This document shows, piece by piece, positions 19,735 to 28,637 of a stretch of 64,000 bases of DNA. Where the stretch lies: IMG/VR virus record IMGVR_UViG_3300017770_000003; one strand, given 5' to 3'. Position 1 is the stretch's first letter; each line of letters starts with the position of its first letter. The notes beneath the pieces are model-generated. The model did no database searches and was not told the origin of the DNA. It saw only the letters and a list, made by a program, of their open reading frames with translations. This DNA comes from a virus. The translations under genes were made by a program, and so were the position numbers.

Positions 19735-20882
19735 TAGTAGATATATATAGGGTATGGGACCTTAGTTAAGGTATCTTGAGCAAATTGAGCTTCTTGTGAT
19801 TGTCTTTCAAGATATTTAGTTCTTGAAGATTCTTCTAATATTAATTTAAGTTCTTCTATTAATGATTGTTTTTCATTAGCAGCCTCACTTCTTAATTCAG
19901 AGGCATTTGTTTGAACTTCAGAACCCGGAATTGGGATTTGTGAATATTTACCTCGTACATTTGCTAACATTTCTTTAGATAAAGCTAGTGTATATCTAAA
20001 TACCCACTGTTTGCCAGGAGTATTAATAGTTGAATAAGATATATTAGTATATGGGACATTAGAAACATTAGTAATCAGATTAGTAGCTGTATTTCTTATT
20101 GGATTGTTTCTTTCTTCTTTAACTACATATTCAAAATATAAGTTTTCATTTCTAGCGGGACGAGGGAATAATTTTAGTCTATTATTATCTATGAGTTCAA
20201 AACTGTAAGCTGATTTACGAATTTGATCGTTAAATTCAATAGCTTGGATCTTTAAAGCATCATAGTAAATGGGCATTAACATAAAGTTTACACCAGGAGA
20301 ATAATTACCAAATCCAAAGGTTTCCATTAATGATTGGATTCCCGTACCTGTACCCGCATAGGGATCAAAATACCTTGTAATAGCGGGGGGCGCATAATGG
20401 TAAATTCTTTTTACTTCTATGTTATTACCTGATTCGTTAACATTTGTCCATAAGTCATCCAAACTATATACTTGTTGTGATGCACTAACAGCAATACTTC
20501 CTGTTTTATATCTAATATTACCACCAGTACCCGCTTCAGTACCATATTGTTCTGTTATTGCTATAGTGTTACCTAGATTTGGTTGTATATATTGATTATT
20601 TAAATTACTTCCTGTAGAAGCTCCTTCTAAATTTCCAATATTTTCTTTAATTTTATATTGGTACACATACTGGGCATATGTGGTTATAGCTTCTTCAAAA
20701 GCTGTAAAGAAATTGATGCCTTGTAATTCTATATCTACTATAGGGTATCCTAAACGTTGGGCACACCATTTAGATACTTGGGGTGCTTCTGAAACAAATT
20801 CAGAATCATCATCATAAAATCCAAAAGGTGTATCACCAGCAGTAAAAGAAGCAGATCCAGGCCAAATAGAAATTGTTGCCAT
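19734..20882 (-). CDS. Neck protein (T4 gp13-like), 382 aa
   Basis: RLGYPIVDIEL N-terminal motif; WVFRYTLALSKEMLANVRGKY...IP C-terminal motif. Confidence 0.7.
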   Translation of the reverse strand: MATISIWPGSASFTAGDTPFGFYDDDSEFVSEAPQVSKWCAQRLGYPIVDIELQGINFFTAFEEAITTYAQYVYQYKIKENIGNLEGASTGSNLNNQYIQPNLGNTIAITEQYGTEAGTGGNIRYKTGSIAVSASQQVYSLDDLWTNVNESGNNIEVKRIYHYAPPAITRYFDPYAGTGTGIQSLMETFGFGNYSPGVNFMLMPIYYDALKIQAIEFNDQIRKSAYSFELIDNNRLKLFPRPARNENLYFEYVVKEERNNPIRNTATNLITNVSNVPYTNISYSTINTPGKQWVFRYTLALSKEMLANVRGKYSQIPIPGSEVQTNASELRSEAANEKQSLIEELKLILEESSRTKYLERQSQEAQFAQDTLTKVPYPIYIY

Positions 20883-20921
20883 ACTAGTGTTTTTTAATAA
20901 ATATTAAAAAATTTAGCAGGG

Positions 20922-21587
20922 TTAACTATAATCTTTTAATAGTTCAAATATTTCATCAAGTGCTTCATGTCTATGGTTTTCTTTAAGTACTATTTTATTT
21001 ACAAATCGCGATCCTTGTACTTTAGCTACTTCATGAATTGCAGAATCATTTTTAAATTTTAAATCTACTTGTTGACTATCTCCTGTAAATATCATTGTAG
21101 AGTTTTTACCTAACCTAGATAAACACATGGTTAATTGTTGTTTATCTAAATTTTGAAATTCATCTATGATGCATACAGCATTTTCAAAAGTTCTACCACG
21201 AAAATGAGTAAGCGAAACTAATTCTATACTTTCATCCGTTTCCATTTTAGATAAAATATCAGGTTTATTATACACTTTTCTCATATTAGAACGAATAGGT
21301 ACTAACCATGGTTCTAATTTTTCTTCTAATGAACCCGGTAAAAAACCATTGTCTTCATTTGACACAGTAGGACGAGTAATAACTATTTTATTAGTCATAC
21401 GTTTAAAAAACATATCTAAAGCAATTTGAACTGCTAATAATGTTTTACCACTTCCTGCTTTACCAATAATAAAATTAAAAGGTGTTTGAAGGATTTTTTC
21501 CTTTGCTTGCTTTTGCTCTTCTGAAAGGGAGACAGAAAAGCGAACTGTCCCTTTAGGTGGGGTTTTTTCAATATTTTGTTTAGCCAT
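20922..21587 (-). CDS. phoH: PhoH family ATPase (221 aa; probable start MAKQNIEK)
   Basis: GKAGSGKT Walker A, ITRP, GFLPG.LEEK..PW, RGRTF, IIDEFQN, GDSQQVD, NHRH. Confidence 0.95.
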   Translation of the reverse strand: MAKQNIEKTPPKGTVRFSVSLSEEQKQAKEKILQTPFNFIIGKAGSGKTLLAVQIALDMFFKRMTNKIVITRPTVSNEDNGFLPGSLEEKLEPWLVPIRSNMRKVYNKPDILSKMETDESIELVSLTHFRGRTFENAVCIIDEFQNLDKQQLTMCLSRLGKNSTMIFTGDSQQVDLKFKNDSAIHEVAKVQGSRFVNKIVLKENHRHEALDEIFELLKDYS

Positions 21588-21624
21588 AATAAATGGTTTT
21601 AAAACGTTTTTCAATTATACATAT

Positions 21625-21652
21625 AAAAAAGGGCCGCAAATTGCGGCCCTTT
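21625..21652 (-). terminator. Rho-independent terminator after the major capsid gene
   Basis: AAAGGGCCGCAA-U-UUGCGGCCC stem-loop followed by UUUUUU. Confidence 0.9.
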
Positions 21653-21675
21653 CTCAATTTATAAAGATAACTTTA

Positions 21676-23367
21676 TTACACTAGGTTAAGATCTGAACAG
21701 ATTACTTTACCATAGAAGTCTGGGCGAACCATCTTCTTAGCGTAACGAGTCATAATTCCCTTACGTGGAGTGAAGGAAATCGGATCATATACAAGTGGAG
21801 TCATGATTAATGGAATATATGGAGCAAATACAGCACCTGTTTCGAGGAACTGGTTACCCTTATAACCCATAAGGATCACATTCTCAGTCATGTATGGGTT
21901 CTTGTAGACAGTGTATCTAGAGTTAATAGCACCAATCTTTTGAACACCCATTGCGTACTTGTTAGAATCACCAGGTGAGTCAGCAGCGAATCCAGGAATT
22001 GATTCAAGGATTGTGCTTACTTTTGGAGAAACTACCATGAAGTTAGCGCCACCGCGAAGAGTCTTCTGGTGGATAGTGTTACTAACATCCTGAAGCTTGA
22101 TACCTAAAGTTTGGAACCAAGACATCTTAGTGTAGTACTCATTATTAGCAGCAGTTGTAAATGCAGCTGCAGCAGTTGTACCTGTATCAGCTACTTCACG
22201 GCCAACTTTAGCACTCCATCTCTTAGTAGTATCAGCGTTTCTGATAAGCATGTCAAGGATTTCAAGATCGATTTCCATTGAGATGTATTCAGAAAGGATA
22301 GACGTTAATTCTGCCTCAGCATCAATACTGTGATAAGCATTGAGGTCTTGAGCGAATTCTGGTGTCCATTGAGCCTTTAACTTACGAGTTTTCGCTGTAA
22401 CAGTATCACTGTTGAGCTTAACATCGATTGAAGGAATCTGAAGATCACCAATACCAGCATCTGGTCCTTTAGTATCTTCAAAGTCGCCTCTATCGTTGAG
22501 GTTATCAGGACCCTTTTGGTAAGTAACAGTTACATTACCTAATGTAGTATTTGCAGCAGTTTGTTCTACTACAAATTCAATTTGACCACCATTTATTCTA
22601 GTGAATTGAGGGAATACATTGGCAGCAGGTAAGTTAGCGCTTGCAGCTACTCTGTATGCTCTTACACCTTCAGGATCAAAATCAACTAACGAAGCAGTTG
22701 GGAAAGATAACGTTACTACTTTTTTACCACCAAGAGCACCAAAGTTACCTGCTTTAGAAGCGGAGAATTGGGTATCAAAGTTTAAAATACCACCATATTC
22801 AGCAGATGCTGTAGTAGCAGCAGTTGTGCTTACAGCACCACCAGCTTGGGCTAATAATGAAGAAGTTTCGTTAATAGAGTAACCGAAACGACCAGCACCA
22901 TAAAGACCACCAGTTCCACCAGCGCTTGGGATGTCTGTAGCTTCATCAGCTCCTGCATTATATAATGAATCTCCAGCGGTGAATCCAGGTTGGTTTGAGC
23001 CATATTGGAAATCTAAGTAGAAGATCAGGCCAGAAGGTAAGTTCATAGGCTGAACAGACACGAGGTCCTTAGCTACGATTTCACCAAATACTCTTCTAAC
23101 AAGTGGAAGAGCGACACCAGCCCATGCTTCTGAACCTCCAGCAGTGATAGATGTACCAGCACCAGAAGCTCCTAAGCTATTAGCCTCTTGGACTAACTGT
23201 TTAGCTTGGTTCTCAAGGAGAACAGCCATATTTGTTTTTTCAGTCTCATTAGAGAGGTCAATACCCTCTAAAAGACCAGATCTTTCCCACTTATTAGCAA
23301 GCTTACCAGCTTCATCGCTGTATTGCTTATATGGGTTAGATCCTTCTAATAATGTATTTACATTCAT
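21676..23367 (-). CDS. gp23: Major capsid protein (T4 gp23-like), 563 aa
   Basis: LVSVQPMNLPSGLIFYL, AKTRKLKAQWTPEFAQDLNAYHSIDAEAELTSILSEYI, FAPYIPL...D..SFTPRKGIMTRYA. Confidence 0.97.
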   Translation of the reverse strand: MNVNTLLEGSNPYKQYSDEAGKLANKWERSGLLEGIDLSNETEKTNMAVLLENQAKQLVQEANSLGASGAGTSITAGGSEAWAGVALPLVRRVFGEIVAKDLVSVQPMNLPSGLIFYLDFQYGSNQPGFTAGDSLYNAGADEATDIPSAGGTGGLYGAGRFGYSINETSSLLAQAGGAVSTTAATTASAEYGGILNFDTQFSASKAGNFGALGGKKVVTLSFPTASLVDFDPEGVRAYRVAASANLPAANVFPQFTRINGGQIEFVVEQTAANTTLGNVTVTYQKGPDNLNDRGDFEDTKGPDAGIGDLQIPSIDVKLNSDTVTAKTRKLKAQWTPEFAQDLNAYHSIDAEAELTSILSEYISMEIDLEILDMLIRNADTTKRWSAKVGREVADTGTTAAAAFTTAANNEYYTKMSWFQTLGIKLQDVSNTIHQKTLRGGANFMVVSPKVSTILESIPGFAADSPGDSNKYAMGVQKIGAINSRYTVYKNPYMTENVILMGYKGNQFLETGAVFAPYIPLIMTPLVYDPISFTPRKGIMTRYAKKMVRPDFYGKVICSDLNLV

Positions 23368-23379
23368 AGGTTCTTAAGT

Positions 23380-24480
23380 TTAAAGTTTAATGTTTGCGAG
23401 TTTTTGGAATCGTGACACTGTCTCGTCAGCGGATTCCATTATAACCTTTTTAGGAGCGGTTCCAGCGGCTTTAGAAGCACGACCTAAACCTTCCTTAATT
23501 GCTCTCTTTTCTACACCTGTAAAGTTAAATGATTCTTGAAGGGTTTCAAATACCAATTTAGCTTCGCCAGTTGTAGTAGATTTGTCTAAGGCGTCAACCA
23601 CCTTAACTTTTTGTGCTTCTGTCAATGCATTAGCTCTGAAGAGTTTGTTGCAGTAGAGGAGTTTGCTGTTGAGGAGGTTCATTTCAGAGATAGTAGATTT
23701 TAAAGAATTAACGGTTGAAAGCGCTTCAGCGAGCTCTTCTTTCATTTTTTCCTTTTCTTCTTTGTCTTTCTTTTTACCTTCTTTCATGTCGTCATCATCA
23801 TCTTTTTTCTTTTTGCCTTCTTCAATTTCTTCTTCAATTTCGGAAATTAAAGCATCGATGTCGATATTCTCATTGGTTTCATCTTCGCTTTTACCTTCGC
23901 TTCTACGGGCAGCGCCAGCACCGGCAGCCATACCTTCTAAAGCTTTGTAAACGGCTTCCATTTTACCAGAAAGTTTACCAGCACGACCTTTTTGTAAGAT
24001 AGCTTCAATACCACCAGCAGCAGCAATTATGCTACCAACAGCGGCTAAACCTACCATTTCGTCAAGTTGGGCACCTTCTTTCATGTCGTCGTCGTCTTTT
24101 TTACCTTCCTTCATGTCATCATCGTCTTTCTTACCCTCTTTCATATCATCGTCTTCATCGTATGACATTTCTTCGAGTTCAGCCATGAGTTCATCAAGGT
24201 TGATTTCTTCGTCAACTTCATCCATTGAATCGTCTTCATCATAAGACATTTCATCTACTTTATCGTCCTCGTCGTAAGACATACCTTCAGACTTTTCGTC
24301 TTCATCATACATCTCTTCGAGTTCGACATCTTCTTCAATCTCTTCAGCTAATTTAGCAGAGAGCATGTTTTTAATTTTAGAGTCGAACGCTTCTTCTAAC
24401 GCCATTTTAGCGTTTTGCAAAGCGACTTCTCTAACGGCTTTTGCGTCGGCAATAGCCTCTTTTAATAGTTCTTTAGCCAT
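23380..24480 (-). CDS. Prohead core/scaffolding protein (366 aa), acidic and low-complexity
   Basis: Lies between protease and capsid genes; coiled coils; DMKEGKKDDD repeats; C-terminal RFQKLANI. Confidence 0.8.
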   Translation of the reverse strand: MAKELLKEAIADAKAVREVALQNAKMALEEAFDSKIKNMLSAKLAEEIEEDVELEEMYDEDEKSEGMSYDEDDKVDEMSYDEDDSMDEVDEEINLDELMAELEEMSYDEDDDMKEGKKDDDDMKEGKKDDDDMKEGAQLDEMVGLAAVGSIIAAAGGIEAILQKGRAGKLSGKMEAVYKALEGMAAGAGAARRSEGKSEDETNENIDIDALISEIEEEIEEGKKKKDDDDDMKEGKKKDKEEKEKMKEELAEALSTVNSLKSTISEMNLLNSKLLYCNKLFRANALTEAQKVKVVDALDKSTTTGEAKLVFETLQESFNFTGVEKRAIKEGLGRASKAAGTAPKKVIMESADETVSRFQKLANIKL

Positions 24481-24519
24481 GTTATTTAAGTTTTAATTGG
24501 CTTCCAGTAAATTATGTAC

Positions 24520-24602
24520 GGGAAATAGAGATTTTAATATCTCTAATAGGGATTTATTTTTTAAAATCCAGGGACACTATTTTAAGATAGTGTATGCTTC
24601 CC
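24520..24602 (-). ncRNA. Candidate structured 5' leader of the scaffold/capsid transcript (four-way junction, three hairpins)
   Basis: GGGAA/UUCCC closing stem with hairpins ACACUAU-CUUAAA-AUAGUGU, GGAUUU-UAAAAAAU-AAAUCC and UAGAGAU-AUUAAA-AUCUCUA. Confidence 0.55.
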
Positions 24603-24620
24603 AAATAAATATAAAAATAA

Positions 24621-24652
24621 TTTGGAAACCAAAAAATTTTTTCATATCTTTA
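24621..24652 (+). promoter_or_regulatory. Bacteroidota-type sigma70 promoter (TTTG-N20-TATCTTTA)
   Basis: Matches the -33 TTTG / -7 TAnnTTTG consensus except the last base; 15 nt before the ATG. Confidence 0.65.
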
Positions 24653-24667
24653 AGGAAAACTATTTAT

Positions 24668-24904
24668 ATGATGAATCCACTAGAAATATTAGCACAAGCA
24701 TTTATCCATGACATTACCGATCCCCAAACCGTATGCATGTACTTTTTAATTGGGGTTATTATAGGAGCTTTTCTTGAAGGTACTATTACTAGAGCAGGAT
24801 ATCCTATGGAATGGTCAGATAGATTCTGGGTAGTATTAGGATGGCCCTTAGCATCAGCCATTTTTATTTACCATTTTATTAAAGGATTTTTCGGTGATGA
24901 TTAA
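24668..24904 (+). CDS. Small membrane protein (78 aa, two predicted TM helices); the only convincing plus-strand gene
   Basis: MMNPLEILAQ...; hydrophobic CMYFLIGVIIGAFL and FWVVLGWPLASAIFIYHF; own promoter; stop overlaps the protease stop (TTAA). Confidence 0.75.
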   Translation: MMNPLEILAQAFIHDITDPQTVCMYFLIGVIIGAFLEGTITRAGYPMEWSDRFWVVLGWPLASAIFIYHFIKGFFGDD

Positions 24905-25512
24905 CACTTACACACTCCCGTATTATCACAAATAATATCACGAATAATATTGTGTATTTTAGTGTAATTAGCTGTAGGGTGTTCTATACCTTCCTTTAAT
25001 TGTTGGGGAGTTAATGTAGCCCCAGGGGTTGATGGTGTAGATACTAAGTCAAAGCATAATAGATCAAAATCTTCTTGAACCATTAAAACACCATCTGAGT
25101 TTTCTTGTACCGAACCCATCCCCCTAGAAGAAATGCCAACAGGGATTCCTGATTGGAATAATGCTTTTGCTATATTACCTGAGGGAGTAGGAAGGATTTC
25201 TATTTGACCATGTATATCATTTCCATTCCACCAACATTTGTTAATTTTATGGGATACATTATTTAAGTTAATAACAGAAGAATCCGGGTGATCTAATTCA
25301 CCTAACGCATTATTTTCTTTAATGGGTCCATCAGTATATTTACCCATTTCTCTTTCAAGAATTTGTCTTTCATAAATACGACCATTATGGTTTTTAACAC
25401 CTGCTCTCTGGATAATTCCTTCCACAATTAATGGACCTCCAGCTTTGATTGATGATTCTACTAATAATCTATCAACTTTTAATGGGATAATATCTACGAT
25501 TAAATTGCTCAT
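24901..25512 (-). CDS. gp21: Prohead core protease (T4 gp21-like), 203 aa
   Basis: NHNGRIY, ALGELDHP, VSH (catalytic His), GISSRGMGS (catalytic Ser), DLVSTPSTPGA. Confidence 0.95.
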   Translation of the reverse strand: MSNLIVDIIPLKVDRLLVESSIKAGGPLIVEGIIQRAGVKNHNGRIYERQILEREMGKYTDGPIKENNALGELDHPDSSVINLNNVSHKINKCWWNGNDIHGQIEILPTPSGNIAKALFQSGIPVGISSRGMGSVQENSDGVLMVQEDFDLLCFDLVSTPSTPGATLTPQQLKEGIEHPTANYTKIHNIIRDIICDNTGVCKC

Positions 25513-25649
25513 CTTCCTTGTCCTCTATAGGTTTTTTTATAATGTTTTGACTGTTTGTGATTACTATGCTTAGTTTTAGCATGTACTCCTGGACGTGAAA
25601 CACTTACGTCACTTTTATTAAAATCAAATGCACTAATTTTTCTTGCCAT
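25509..25649 (-). CDS. Small basic protein (46 aa, ends KKTYRGQGR), not in the ORF track
   Basis: ATG at 25649; TGA overlaps the protease start (ATGA). Confidence 0.75.
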   Translation of the reverse strand: MARKISAFDFNKSDVSVSRPGVHAKTKHSNHKQSKHYKKTYRGQGR

Positions 25650-25652
25650 AAC

Positions 25653-25862
25653 TTATTTTTTTACGGGTATATATCCGAGACGCTTTGCTTGTTCAAGGCC
25701 TCTATTTTTTGCTTTTTTTCCTTTTCCTCTAAAAGCTCGGGGCGTAGCATAAGCTTCGCTCCCACCAGTGCTAATAGTAGTACCAGTACCGGTAGTATTT
25801 GCTTCATCGATTTCAGTCTTGATGAGTTCACGGATAAGGGCTTTAAGTTCATCTATTTTCAT
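25653..25862 (-). CDS. Small head-associated protein (69 aa) with amphipathic N-terminus ending EIDE
   Basis: TAATG-coupled; E-A-N..TG..Y.TP.AF motif. Confidence 0.75.
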   Translation of the reverse strand: MKIDELKALIRELIKTEIDEANTTGTGTTISTGGSEAYATPRAFRGKGKKAKNRGLEQAKRLGYIPVKK

Positions 25863-26704
25863 TAATCTAAGGATTTTAATTCATTAATTAATTCATAATA
25901 ATTTAAGAGATTAATAACATTATCATCATGAACAGAAGATTTTTTGCATAAAGGTTTAATTAAATTTTTTACCTCTGTAAGTTTTATTTTAGTAACTTGA
26001 TCAGTATTTTCAGATAAAGTCTCTAATTCAGCCCTAACAGTATTAATTTCTTTATTAATGAATTTTTTTAGTTTGGGGCTGTTAGATACATTATAAACAT
26101 ATTCTTTTAAAAGGATACGTTGGTTATCTTTTAATTTTGAGTATTTATCATTAAACTTTTCCATTAACATTTTATATGTTAATGCTCTAGTTTCTTTATC
26201 AAATTTTTCATATTCCTCCATAACAATTTCCTTTTTAGGTTTGTTAAGGAGATTTTTATTAGTAATATGTTCTAATATAGCCACCTTAGAATCCACAATG
26301 GACATAGGGTTAGCGTTTTTATTTTCTAATAAATTAAAAACACTAGCATATATTTTATAGTTAGGGATTTTAGCTTTAAAAAAATCTTCTATATTATATG
26401 TATCTTTTATTTCTCTAACCAAATTATATCTTTCCCTTCTTAAGGCAGATTTATTTAATTTATTGTGGGCATTTATCAAGGTTTCGATTAATACAGTAGC
26501 ATTAGCTTCTTTATCGTATCTTTTATTTAATAAAGCATGATAAATTTGATACTCTTTTAAAAGAGTACTATTTTGGTTAAAAAACTTTTTTAAGATACCT
26601 ACAGCCTTTGGAGAATTATTTGATATAGTTTCAGACGTAATTTGTCTAGTTAACAATTCAAATAGTATTCCAGTATTTTTGTACTTGGAGTGCTTAGGTT
26701 TCAT
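25862..26704 (-). CDS. Conserved hypothetical head-module protein (280 aa)
   Basis: Directly downstream of the portal gene; two late motifs upstream. Confidence 0.8.
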   Translation of the reverse strand: MKPKHSKYKNTGILFELLTRQITSETISNNSPKAVGILKKFFNQNSTLLKEYQIYHALLNKRYDKEANATVLIETLINAHNKLNKSALRRERYNLVREIKDTYNIEDFFKAKIPNYKIYASVFNLLENKNANPMSIVDSKVAILEHITNKNLLNKPKKEIVMEEYEKFDKETRALTYKMLMEKFNDKYSKLKDNQRILLKEYVYNVSNSPKLKKFINKEINTVRAELETLSENTDQVTKIKLTEVKNLIKPLCKKSSVHDDNVINLLNYYELINELKSLD

Positions 26705-26753
26705 GCAATAAATATATTTATTCTTATATAAATATGTAAAAAATATTAAAGAG

Positions 26754-28607
26754 TTATTCTTTTATAATATTTTCTTCACTTAACATAGAAGGTGAATCTT
26801 CTTCGGATAATAGTTCTTTTCCTTTCATTCTAGATAAAGATAATCTTTTTAAAATTCTATTATTCTCTTCAAGAGCTAGTGGGGAAATATTATTGGTTTT
26901 ATTAGGACTATCGTCCCCTACGGCTGCTAAACCAGATTTGCCTAGTGGATCTCTACTAAAATTACTTTGGTCAGTACCAAAATCACTTAATTTAGTTTTT
27001 GGTCTACCAGGTTCATTTTCATCATACCCATCGGGAACATCTTTAACTGCTTTATCTCTTTTCGTTGAATATAAGTTTGCTAAGTCATGTGGTGTACCAT
27101 ATGATTCCCCAGTTTCTACTGGATCGTTACCTTCGTTTTCTATTTGATTTAAACGGAATATACGAGCAGCATCATCTAAAGATCTATTTTTTTCGTGTTC
27201 CATTTCCATGTCTGAAAGGTTAAAAATATTTTTATATACAAAATCCGAAGATAATACTTTTTTATCAGCGATTGAGTTAGCTAATTCTACTTTAGATTTA
27301 TATAATTCGGTTTTTTCTTGTTCAAATACAATTGAAGGGCCTGTAAGAGATAATTCAAAATCTACTAAATCAGCATCTGTAAAGCCTTGAGTATATAAAT
27401 GAACTAAAGCTATTTTTTGGAGCTCAGATACAATAGTTCTTTGTAAACGCTCAATAGTACGGGCAAAACGAATATCCATAGCAGCTAATGTTGATTTGCC
27501 TTCAAGGTTTTCATCATACCCTAAAAATGCTTTCGGAATCTTAAGGGCGGCCAACATTCGATTTTTTAAGTACTCAATATCAGTTGTACCATCGTAATCA
27601 AGTCCTTTTGTAGTTTCAATTTTAGTAGATGCATCATTACCTCTAACTGGGATATAAAAATCCTCAGTCATGTTTTGAATATTAAATTTCAAATTGTAGT
27701 CGCCAGTGTTTTGATCCACATATGGGGTCTTTTTCATTTTAGCAACTGTACGCTCCATAAATTGGTCGATTTCATTTGGTGGAATACCTCCCACATTCAT
27801 ATAGAATATTCTTTTTTCTGGTGCTCGCATAATTCTATGAATAAGCATCGCGTCCTCCATTAATATTAGCTGTTTAAATACCTTACGAGCGGGCTCAAGA
27901 TATGAACGTCCATAAGGAAGATAGTTAGCGTCTGCTAGTAATCTAAAGTGGGCAACTTCATAATTTTCAAGTTTCATTTGGTCACTTCTTCTAGCACTAT
28001 AGGTTTGGCTTTGAGATAAACCGTTAGGATCTAATACAAACTGAACATAAGAAGGGTTTTCGGGATCCATACCTTCTTCTCTTACTACTTGATATACAGA
28101 AAGTGGCAATACATTATATACACCAAATTTTTCTGAAATCTGTAAGTGTAAATAGAAATCACCATATTTACACATCTGACGAACCCATGATGGTAAATTA
28201 AATTCTATGTTTAATACATCATAAAATAAGTTATGCAGTACTCTTTTAACGTTTTCATTAGATGATTTAATTGTTAAAACGTCACCATATTCATTTTTAA
28301 GGGTTGCCTCTTCTGAGATAATATCAAGTGCGGGAGCAATTAATGAATCATAATCCATAGCTTCATAATCACTATACAACTGAAGTCGCATAGAGGAATA
28401 ATTAAGTGTTGGATTATATTGTAAAGATGACCCTACAGGTCTATGTAACCTAGTAAACCTATCATAAAGTGAATTAGATTCTAAATTCCCATATTTTTGA
28501 ATACGATCAGTATCCATAATTTTAAGGGAATCTCCTCCAACGTTTCTTATAATAACGTCATTAGAAAATAATCTCCTTAATCGTGTAAATAAGCTAGTAT
28601 CTGCCAT
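26754..28607 (-). CDS. gp20: Portal protein (T4 gp20-like), 617 aa
   Basis: YEAMDYD..I..ALDII, YGRSYLE, EDAMLIHRIMRAPEKRIFY, EDFYIPVRG, LKIPKAFL, DIRFARTI. Confidence 0.95.
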   Translation of the reverse strand: MADTSLFTRLRRLFSNDVIIRNVGGDSLKIMDTDRIQKYGNLESNSLYDRFTRLHRPVGSSLQYNPTLNYSSMRLQLYSDYEAMDYDSLIAPALDIISEEATLKNEYGDVLTIKSSNENVKRVLHNLFYDVLNIEFNLPSWVRQMCKYGDFYLHLQISEKFGVYNVLPLSVYQVVREEGMDPENPSYVQFVLDPNGLSQSQTYSARRSDQMKLENYEVAHFRLLADANYLPYGRSYLEPARKVFKQLILMEDAMLIHRIMRAPEKRIFYMNVGGIPPNEIDQFMERTVAKMKKTPYVDQNTGDYNLKFNIQNMTEDFYIPVRGNDASTKIETTKGLDYDGTTDIEYLKNRMLAALKIPKAFLGYDENLEGKSTLAAMDIRFARTIERLQRTIVSELQKIALVHLYTQGFTDADLVDFELSLTGPSIVFEQEKTELYKSKVELANSIADKKVLSSDFVYKNIFNLSDMEMEHEKNRSLDDAARIFRLNQIENEGNDPVETGESYGTPHDLANLYSTKRDKAVKDVPDGYDENEPGRPKTKLSDFGTDQSNFSRDPLGKSGLAAVGDDSPNKTNNISPLALEENNRILKRLSLSRMKGKELLSEEDSPSMLSEENIIKE

Positions 28608-28637
28608 ATTCTTAATTTATTATATGTGTATAAATAT

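Noticed and set aside
24520-24602. tRNA (cloverleaf-like fold)
   Set aside because: No D-loop GG, no T-psi-C loop, no 7-bp acceptor stem or CCA; the loops are A-rich.
24497-24667. 135-aa start for the plus-strand ORF, and the minus-strand ORF 24664..24861
   Set aside because: The extension runs through the hairpin leader and upstream of the promoter. The minus ORF is an antisense shadow of the membrane gene.
25661-25852. Alternative-frame 63-aa ORF
   Set aside because: It is fully nested in 25653..25862, which has the coupled start and a meaningful motif.
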